Below, piece by piece: positions 55,414 through 64,000 of a DNA stretch of 64,000 nt. The notes below the pieces were generated by a model. The model did no database searches, had not been told where the DNA came from, and worked only from the letters and a program-made list of their open reading frames with translations. Source of the stretch: Bacillota bacterium. Lineage in GTDB: Bacteria > Bacillota_I > Bacilli_A > RF39 > UBA660. The stretch's first letter is position 1. Every line of letters begins with the position of its first letter. The DNA is taken from contig JAEWBI010000037.1 in NCBI GenBank assembly GCA_023391185.1, positions 8,733 through 72,732 of the forward strand, read 5' to 3'. A program made the position numbers and the translations under genes.

Positions 55414-57252
55414 ATGGCAAATATTTATTTAGGACAGTTTAATGGTGCTAGTACATCTTATGGTAATTATAATGGTTATTTTCAATACGATGATGCTACT
55501 AGAAATGGAACTACAATAACATTAACAAACTGCAAATTGTATTTTGAAAGAATTGGTTCTGGTTATACAACAAATAGGATTGCAACAACAGGTAATATAG
55601 CTGGGAAAGTCAGCTGGGACAACATAACACTAAATAGTTCTGGTTCTCAATCACCTGCATCAATGACACATGATATAGGTAAAGTAGAGATTACCGACGT
55701 TCCTTTTACAACTGATAAAATAAGTTTAAAGGTACAAGCAAAAGGAACAGGCGGTAGTACAAGCTGGGGTAACACATCAGGAACAGTACAATTAGATTAC
55801 AATGGGACAATAAGTGTTCCAGTTATAAATATAAGTGCAGTAACTGCTACAAATACCAATATTGGTGGTGAAACAAATATAACTATTACAAGGTATAATT
55901 CAAATTTTACTCATAAATTGTATTACAAATTTGATGGACAATCTGATTATAGTTTAATTGCGGAAGGAATTACAACAAGTTATAAATGGGTAGTACCTGA
56001 AAGTGTTTATTCATTGATTCCAAATTCAAATACGATCGGATGTACAATCAAATGCGAAACTTATAGTGGTACGACATCTATGGGTGATTCAACTACTAAC
56101 TTTACAGCAACAGTAACTGAGTCCAATCCTATATTTGATAATGATAAAGTAACTTATAAGGATGGAAATAATTCCTCAGTTGCAATTACTAATAATAATC
56201 AGTTAATTGTAAGAAATATATCAGAACTTAACGTAATAATTTCTGTAGCAACTCCTAAAAATTATGCAACGATAACAGGATATGAACTTGTCTTTAATGG
56301 AAACACACAAGTAGTTCAAGCAGGTACGAAAAATATAGGGACTGTTAATTTGTCTCAAGATGCCAACCTAATAGTTAGAGCGGTTGATAGTCGTGGTAAT
56401 AAGACAGAGTTAACAAAAACTGTCACTATATCAGATTGGATTCTACCACAAGCTCAAATTACAGCCAAGAGAATAAATAATTTTGAAGATAACACCGACT
56501 TGAAAGTTAATGTAACTATTTCGTCTGTTCAAGGGATAAATGCTATAGAATCTATAAAATATAGATATAAAAAGACAACAGATACGATATATTCAAATTA
56601 CTTTCAGTTGCAAAACAATATAAATTCGGAAGTAATCATTGATAAGTTATATGCTTGGAATTTTCAAATGGAGATAAAAGATAAATTTGGTATCACTACC
56701 TACAATTTTATTGTTCAAAAAGGAGTTCCAATAATGTTTATTGATATTGATATGTTATCAGTCGGTATTGGTAAGTTTCCAGTAAACTTAAACTCTTTAG
56801 ATTTAGATATTTTAAATGGGCAATCTATTGAAAATAATAAAAAAATAGCAACTGAGGAATTTGTGAATAACAAAAAATTAGAAATTGAAGAATATGTAGA
56901 ATATGTAGATAATAAATTTATATATTCTACAACAGAACAAGTAGTTGGAAAATGGACAGATGGGAAACTAGTTTATAGAAAAGTTGTATTTTTTAATGCA
57001 CCACCATCAGCAAAAACTTGGTCTGCTGTTAACACATCCACTGCTAATATTTCAACAATTATTAGACAAGATATATCAATATTAAATAATGCTTCACCAG
57101 CGACACAACTGGATATGCCATGGTATTTTGGTACAGAAGAGGTTGCAATGGGCGGTTTGAAAATATCTGGTATTATTGATATATATGTAACATCACAATA
57201 TGTTAATAGACCTTGTAAAATTATAATGGAATATACAAAAACAACTAATTAA
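55414..57252 (+). CDS. tail fibre / receptor-binding protein
   Basis: 612-aa S/T/N-rich beta-type protein after Tal; ATG 55414 after AGGTGGTGA. Confidence 0.65.
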   Translation: MANIYLGQFNGASTSYGNYNGYFQYDDATRNGTTITLTNCKLYFERIGSGYTTNRIATTGNIAGKVSWDNITLNSSGSQSPASMTHDIGKVEITDVPFTTDKISLKVQAKGTGGSTSWGNTSGTVQLDYNGTISVPVINISAVTATNTNIGGETNITITRYNSNFTHKLYYKFDGQSDYSLIAEGITTSYKWVVPESVYSLIPNSNTIGCTIKCETYSGTTSMGDSTTNFTATVTESNPIFDNDKVTYKDGNNSSVAITNNNQLIVRNISELNVIISVATPKNYATITGYELVFNGNTQVVQAGTKNIGTVNLSQDANLIVRAVDSRGNKTELTKTVTISDWILPQAQITAKRINNFEDNTDLKVNVTISSVQGINAIESIKYRYKKTTDTIYSNYFQLQNNINSEVIIDKLYAWNFQMEIKDKFGITTYNFIVQKGVPIMFIDIDMLSVGIGKFPVNLNSLDLDILNGQSIENNKKIATEEFVNNKKLEIEEYVEYVDNKFIYSTTEQVVGKWTDGKLVYRKVVFFNAPPSAKTWSAVNTSTANISTIIRQDISILNNASPATQLDMPWYFGTEEVAMGGLKISGIIDIYVTSQYVNRPCKIIMEYTKTTN

Positions 57253-57278
57253 TAGAAAGAATTGAAGAGGGAATTTAT

Positions 57279-57584
57279 GTGAATAAAGATGATTATATAA
57301 AATTAGAAGAGATTAATCAAAGAAGCAAATCCAATACTAAACGATTGGATGAACACGATAGTAAAATAGATAAACTGGAGAATGTTTATATCGCTTTAAC
57401 GAAAATGGATGGAAGAGTTGAAAGAGTTGAGGGCGATGTAGGCGAAATAAAAGATAATATAAAAATCATTAGTGATAAGACGAATGAACCAAATAAATTA
57501 AAGGCATTGAAGTGGGAAAAGTTGATAGATTACCTATTTTACGCAATTCTTGCTTTTTGTCTTTGGAAATTAGGAATAAAATAG
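57279..57584 (+). CDS. XhlA-like haemolysin/holin-accessory protein
   Basis: 101 aa. Coiled coil (RLDEHDSKIDKLENVYIALTKMDGRVERVEGDVGEIK) plus C-terminal TM (LIDYLFYAILAFCLWKLG). GTG start. Confidence 0.6.
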   Translation: MNKDDYIKLEEINQRSKSNTKRLDEHDSKIDKLENVYIALTKMDGRVERVEGDVGEIKDNIKIISDKTNEPNKLKALKWEKLIDYLFYAILAFCLWKLGIK

Positions 57585-57593
57585 AGGTAGGTT

Positions 57594-58484
57594 ATGAGTA
57601 TGAAATGTAATGTTTTAAAAAGTGGTTATTGTGAAATAACACAAGGTTTTGGTGGTGGCAATAATCATCGTGGACTTGATTTAGTAGACAAAGGTTATAC
57701 AATTGGCGATATAGTATCATATGACAATGGGACTGTTGTTATGGTTACTAATGGTTATAAAAACGGGCAAGGCGAAGGTGCAAATTGGGCTTATGGCAAT
57801 TTTGTAAAAATACTTCACGATAATGGAACAGTTTGTTTATACGCTCACATGGAATATACAGTTGTTAAATATAATCAACGAGTTTCAAAAGGACAAGTTA
57901 TTGGAAGAATGGGAAATAGTGGGAATTCGTTTGGTGGACATTTGCATTGGGAATTTTGGTCAAGTAATAATTACAATTCAAATATTGATCCAATGCCTTA
58001 TTTAGAGCCTAAACCAATTATTACTGTGCCAAACCCGGTAGCAGAAAACAAAGATATAGAACAAGTAAAAGTAATATGTGGCGATAATACATTGCGAGTT
58101 AGAACAACTGCTAGTATTAATGGAATATTTATTGGTTTTGCTAAACCAGGATTATATAATATTGTGTCTATTGCTACTGCTGATGGTTTTACTTGGTATC
58201 AAGTAGAAGATAACAAATGGTTTGCAAATGCAGAAGGCTGTACTGAATTTATATCAAAATACGAAGCACCAGTAGTTGAAGAACCAGTAGTAAGTGAGCC
58301 TGTCGAAAATGGACCAGAAGCACCACAAGAAACAACTAATGATAGCGAACAAGCAAATACACTACCTACTACTGAAATGACTGAAAACAGCCCTGTAAAA
58401 GAAGAAAAAAGCACTAATACATTAATAAGTATTGTGCTTTTTATTTTAAAGACACTCGCAAAAATAATGAAAGGAGGTAAATAG
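57594..58484 (+). CDS. endolysin: M23 metallopeptidase plus SH3-like binding domain plus Pro/Glu linker plus C-terminal hydrophobic helix
   Basis: HRGLDL (HxxxD) and GGHLHWEF (HxH) M23 motifs. The central LRVRTTASINGIFIGFAKPGLYNIV...DGFTWYQV is SH3b-like. The C-terminus is TLISIVLFILKTLAKIM. Confidence 0.8.
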   Translation: MSMKCNVLKSGYCEITQGFGGGNNHRGLDLVDKGYTIGDIVSYDNGTVVMVTNGYKNGQGEGANWAYGNFVKILHDNGTVCLYAHMEYTVVKYNQRVSKGQVIGRMGNSGNSFGGHLHWEFWSSNNYNSNIDPMPYLEPKPIITVPNPVAENKDIEQVKVICGDNTLRVRTTASINGIFIGFAKPGLYNIVSIATADGFTWYQVEDNKWFANAEGCTEFISKYEAPVVEEPVVSEPVENGPEAPQETTNDSEQANTLPTTEMTENSPVKEEKSTNTLISIVLFILKTLAKIMKGGK

Positions 58485-58485
58485 T

Positions 58486-58773
58486 ATGGATATTATGGAA
58501 ATAATAACTCTAGCAACCGCTTTAGTTACATTTATTTTAGGTATTGTAATTAAACACTATACTAAAATTGAAAATAAGAAGATACCAATCCAACAGTTAT
58601 CAGTATCAGTATTAAGTTCAATACTATGTTCAATTGCTATCTACTTTAAAGTATTGGATACTACTTACTATGTAGCAGTACTAACTTGTTTTAGTACAGT
58701 ATTTGCTACCCAAGGTATTTATGATACAATTCGATCAGCTATAGATACCGCAATTAAACTAACAAAAAAATAA
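58486..58773 (+). CDS. holin-like membrane protein
   Basis: 95 aa with 2-3 TM segments, translationally coupled to the endolysin. Confidence 0.6.
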   Translation: MDIMEIITLATALVTFILGIVIKHYTKIENKKIPIQQLSVSVLSSILCSIAIYFKVLDTTYYVAVLTCFSTVFATQGIYDTIRSAIDTAIKLTKK

Positions 58774-58784
58774 ATATATAATGT

Positions 58785-58816
58785 AAAAGCACTAGGTATA
58801 TCCTAGTGCTTTTTTT
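58785..58816 (+). terminator. late-operon terminator (copy A of a duplicated terminator block)
   Basis: AGCACTAGG-tatat-CCTAGTGCT plus T6-7. Confidence 0.8.
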
Positions 58817-58836
58817 GTTGAATAAAATAATTAATA

Positions 58837-59088
58837 TTAGTTAACTTTCCAAGAATTACCACAGTTTTGACATACATACATTTTCACTTGTTTATTTACT
58901 ATCTTTTTATTTCTTGGAACAAATAAGAAAAATAGTAGTCTTGGTATAGTTAAAAATATCCATAAAAATAGTTCTAACCACCAACCTATAAATAACCAAT
59001 ATAATATACTATGGTGTTTCCTTTTTAAATGAGATTCGTTAACTATTTGAATATTGACATTTTGACTATTACATTTTTGGCAAATCAT
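58837..59088 (-). CDS. moron: double CxxC zinc-ribbon membrane protein with LITAF-like architecture
   Basis: CQKC...(about 30 hydrophobic residues ILYWLFIGWWLELFLWIFLTIPRLLFFLFV)...CQNC. Opposite strand to all the late genes. Confidence 0.6.
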   Translation of the reverse strand: MICQKCNSQNVNIQIVNESHLKRKHHSILYWLFIGWWLELFLWIFLTIPRLLFFLFVPRNKKIVNKQVKMYVCQNCGNSWKVN

Positions 59089-59226
59089 AAATCTAACTCC
59101 TATCTAAATATAGTTCTATACAAGCAACTAATTAAATTATATAACAAAAATAAATACTATACAAATATAAATTAAAAAAAGGATACAAACTATCTATCTA
59201 TTATTATATTAATAGGAGGTGATAGA

Positions 59227-59295
59227 ATGTATCCTTTTGAATTGCTATCAGATGAAGAAGTTATGAGTATTATGTTAACTATTACTATTAGATAA
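59227..59295 (+). CDS. possible 22-aa micro-ORF
   Basis: Strong RBS AGGAGGTGA 5 nt upstream of the ATG; MYPFELLSDEEVMSIMLTITIR; followed by terminator copy B. Too short to be sure. Confidence 0.3.
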   Translation: MYPFELLSDEEVMSIMLTITIR

Positions 59296-59306
59296 ATATA
59301 AAATGT

Positions 59307-59340
59307 AAAAGCACTAAGATTATATTTTTAGTGCTTTTTT
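59307..59340 (+). terminator. terminator copy B
   Basis: AAAAGCACTA...TAGTGCTTTTTT. The flanks repeat those of copy A (ATAAATATAnAATGTAAAAGCACTA ... TAGTGCTTTTTT.TTGAA). Confidence 0.7.
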
Positions 59341-59420
59341 ATTGAAAATCAAAAAATGAGAAAAAAATATGATATAATTCTATTATTAAAAAACGAATGA
59401 CTTAGTGAGGTGTTATAAAT

Positions 59421-60399
59421 ATGAAATGGAAAATAGGAAATATTAAAGTAAATAATCAAATAGTGTTAGCTCCAATGGCTGGTGTATCTAATCCTGCATA
59501 TATGAAAATATGTGAGGAAAACGGTGTTGGATATGCTGTAACCGAATTAATAAGCTCCGAAGCAATAGTTAGAGGAAATAAAAAAACTCTTGAGATGCTT
59601 AACGGAATAAATAATTTGCATATTCCTATTGCTGTTCAAATATTTGGCTCTAATATTAATTCAATGGTTGAAGCGTCTAAGATTCTAACTAACTTATACC
59701 AAAATGTATTGATTGATATCAATATGGGGTGCCCTGTACCCAAAGTAGCAGTTCGTGCTCAAGCAGGTAGTGCTTTATTAAAAAATCCAGAAAAGGTTAG
59801 AAAAATTGTACAGGAAGTAGTAAAAGCAGTTCCTGTACCTGTAACTGTTAAAATAAGAAGTGGTTGGGATGAAAAAAGTATAAATGCAGTTGAAATTGCA
59901 AAAATAGTAGAAGAGGCTGGGGCTTCTGCAATTACTGTACATCCTAGAACTAGAGCTCAAGGTTATAGTGGCAAAGCTAATTGGAATGTCATAAAACAGG
60001 TGAAAGAGGCTGTTTCAATTCCTGTAATAGGTAATGGCGACATAAAATCATGTTATGACGCTAAGAGGATGATTGAAGAAACTGGCTGTGATGCTGTTAT
60101 GATAGGTAGAGGAGTACTTGGAAATCCTTGGCTTATAAGGGAATGTGTTGATTACTTAGAAAATGAAATTGTCCCAAAGAAAATAACAGTAGAAGAAAAA
60201 ATTAATATGGTAAAACATCATATTGAATTACTTAAAAAAACAAAATGTGACAAACTTGCTTTACTTGAAATAAGAAGTCATGCTACATGGTATCTAAAAG
60301 GTATAAATAATAGTAGTAATTTACGAAGTGAAATTTGTCATGCGACAAGCATAGACAGCTTAATTCAAATGTTAGATACATTTTTGGAGGAAAAAAAAT

Positions 60400-60410
<11 letters not shown>
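59421..60410 (+). CDS. dusB: tRNA-dihydrouridine synthase (DusB-like), chimeric: codons about 1-101 phage-borne, remainder host
   Basis: Full Dus/TIM-barrel motifs (LAPMAGVSN, IDINMGCPVPKV, TVHPRTRAQGYSG, GNGDI). The att core lies at 59712-59724 inside the IDINMGC codons. Confidence 0.9.
59712..59724. repeat. attR core (ATTGATATCAATA)
   Basis: Matches 28584-28596 at 12/13 positions. Confidence 0.7.
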
Positions 60411-62485
<2,075 letters not shown>

Positions 62486-62494
62486 GAGGAATTT

Positions 62495-63673
62495 ATGAAA
62501 GTATTATCAGTTAATGCCGGTAGTTCATCATTGAAATTTCAAATGTATGAAATGCCAGAAGAAAAAGTTTTAATATCAGGAGTATTTGAAAGAATAGGAA
62601 TAGATGGAAGTTTTTATACCATAAAAATAAATGGAGAAAAAATAAAAAAAGAAACTGTTCTTCCAACTCATAAAGAAGCAGTTCAAACTTTGATAAATGA
62701 ATTACTTGAAAATAAAGTGATTGCGGATTTAGATGAGATAAAAGGTGTTGGACATCGTCTAGTACACGGTGGTGATAAGTATTCATCTTCTGTTATTATT
62801 GACGAAGATGTTATGGCTGCCGTTAAAGATTTAATTCCACTTGCTCCTTTACATAATCCAGCCAATATAACAGGTGTAGAAGCTTTTATTGGAGCTGTTC
62901 CAAATGCCAAACAAGTTGGCTGTTTTGATACAGCATTTCATCAAACAATGGATGAAACTTCATACTTATATGCTGTTCCATATGAATGGTATACTAAGTT
63001 TGGCGTTAGAAGATATGGTTTTCATGGAATGAGCCACAAATATGTTAGTGGTAGAGTAAGTGAAATTATAGGAAAAAAAGATATTAAAGTTATTACTTGC
63101 CATATCGGTAATGGTGGTTCTTTGGCTGCTGTTAAGAATGGTGAGTGTATTGATACATCTATGGGATTTACTCCTAATGCTGGTTTAGTTATGGGTTCTC
63201 GTAGTGGTGATATTGACGCAACTTTTATTCCATATGTAATGGATAAAACTGGTATGTCACTTTCAGAGGTTATAAACGAGCTAAATAAAAATAGTGGATA
63301 CCTTGGTGTAAGTGGTGTAAGTAGCGATAGTAGAGATATTGAAGATGGTGTAAATGCTGGTAATGAAAGATGCATTTTAGCACAAAAGTTATACATAAAA
63401 AGAATAATTGATTATATAGCAAAATATTATGTAGAATTAGACGGCGCCGATGCAATAGTATTTACAGCTGGTGTAGGTGAAAATTCAATCAACACAAGAA
63501 AACAAATATTAGATGGTTTAAAAGTATTAGGTATAAAAGTTGATGATGAAGCAAATAATGTAAGAGGGAAAGAAACTTTAATTAGTTCTAATGATTCAAA
63601 CGTTGCTGTTTATGTCATTCCAACTGATGAAGAGGTAATGATAGCTAGAGATACATATAATTTTATAAAATAG
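62495..63673 (+). CDS. ackA: acetate kinase
   Basis: MKVLSVNAGSSSLKFQ, GHRLVHGG, FDTAFHQTM, RRYGFHGMSH, IPTDEE. Confidence 0.96.
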   Translation: MKVLSVNAGSSSLKFQMYEMPEEKVLISGVFERIGIDGSFYTIKINGEKIKKETVLPTHKEAVQTLINELLENKVIADLDEIKGVGHRLVHGGDKYSSSVIIDEDVMAAVKDLIPLAPLHNPANITGVEAFIGAVPNAKQVGCFDTAFHQTMDETSYLYAVPYEWYTKFGVRRYGFHGMSHKYVSGRVSEIIGKKDIKVITCHIGNGGSLAAVKNGECIDTSMGFTPNAGLVMGSRSGDIDATFIPYVMDKTGMSLSEVINELNKNSGYLGVSGVSSDSRDIEDGVNAGNERCILAQKLYIKRIIDYIAKYYVELDGADAIVFTAGVGENSINTRKQILDGLKVLGIKVDDEANNVRGKETLISSNDSNVAVYVIPTDEEVMIARDTYNFIK

Positions 63674-63689
63674 GAAGTAGTCGATAAAG

Positions 63690-63998
63690 ATGAATAATAA
63701 GTATTATAAGATATATCGTAAAATAAAAAAGTATAATACGATAGTAATTGCTAGACACGTTGGTGCAGACCCTGATGCTTTAGGAAGTCAATTAGCACTT
63801 AGAGATGCTATAAAGTATAAGTTTCCTAGGAAGCAAGTTTATGCTATAGGAGCACCAGCTTCTACATTTAAATATTTAGGTACACTGGATAAGTTTACCG
63901 AAGATATGTATGAGAAAAGTCTACTTATTGTTCTTGACACTCCTGATGCAAAAAGAGTAGATGGGGCTATGGCAGAACAATTCAAGGATTCAATAAAG
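63690..63998 (+). CDS. nrnA: DHH-family phosphoesterase (NrnA-like), 3'-truncated by window edge
   Basis: IVIARHVGADPDALGSQLAL... is the DHH motif I/II region of NrnA-type oligoribonuclease/pAp phosphatase. Confidence 0.75.
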   Translation, partial: MNNKYYKIYRKIKKYNTIVIARHVGADPDALGSQLALRDAIKYKFPRKQVYAIGAPASTFKYLGTLDKFTEDMYEKSLLIVLDTPDAKRVDGAMAEQFKDSIK

Positions 63999-64000
63999 AT

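Larger units (their letters stand above)
28597..59724. mobile_element. about 31 kb temperate siphovirus-type prophage (serine integrase, CI/Cro switch, HNH/P27 terminase, HK97-type head, long non-contractile tail, lysis cassette)
   Basis: Complete ordered phage modules between the two att cores. It splits a dus gene whose flanks (cca ... lysS, ackA) are housekeeping. Confidence 0.88.

Noticed and set aside
55414-57252. Diversity-generating retroelement or invertible (shufflon-like) host-range switch at the tail-fibre gene
   Set aside because: No reverse transcriptase, template repeat or flanking inverted repeats were seen by eye. The only extra recombinase is 23 kb away, so the idea is unsupported.

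Overview
AT-rich Bacillota (Firmicutes) chromosome segment from a spore-former (spoIVA is present). No CRISPR array, rRNA, transposase or recognisable defence operon was seen.

Layout:
- 1-28.6 kb, core and envelope genes: a surface-protein fragment, phosphodiester glycosidase, polC, polA, an LCP-family protein, a DEAD-box helicase, an O-antigen-ligase-like protein, spoIVA, two membrane proteins, the gatCAB-asnS-aspS operon, hup, cca and a pilin-LRR fusion.
- 28.6-59.7 kb, a roughly 31 kb siphovirus-type prophage with an HK97-like head, HNH plus P27-type terminase and a long tape measure. It was inserted by a large serine recombinase into the tRNA-dihydrouridine synthase gene (dus).
- 59.7-64 kb: dus (3' part), an RDD protein, lysS, ackA and nrnA (partial).

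Most unusual observations:
1. A single promoter feeds Asn T-box leader 1, then a 76-nt tRNA(GUU) gene, then a near-duplicate Asn T-box leader 2, then gatC-gatA-gatB-asnS-aspS. A tRNA gene therefore appears to be the direct cargo of a T-box that reads its own anticodon. That tRNA is also non-canonical (G1-C72, U27/C43 mismatch, C55 in the T-loop).
2. The prophage carries its own promoter plus about 100 diverged codons of dus, so the disrupted host gene is rebuilt at attR. The displaced host 5' fragment and its promoter now fire antisense into the integrase gene. An otherwise orphan plus-strand terminator sits between int and cI.
3. Two roughly 90-nt repeats (an extended -10-like motif followed by an intrinsic terminator) bracket the HNH-terS-terL module.

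Smaller prophage observations: a second (tyrosine) recombinase module, a PcfK/PcfJ-like pair, iteron-like 12-nt repeats inside the replisome-organizer gene, a canonical -1 frameshift in the tail chaperone, and a terminator-flanked moron cassette.
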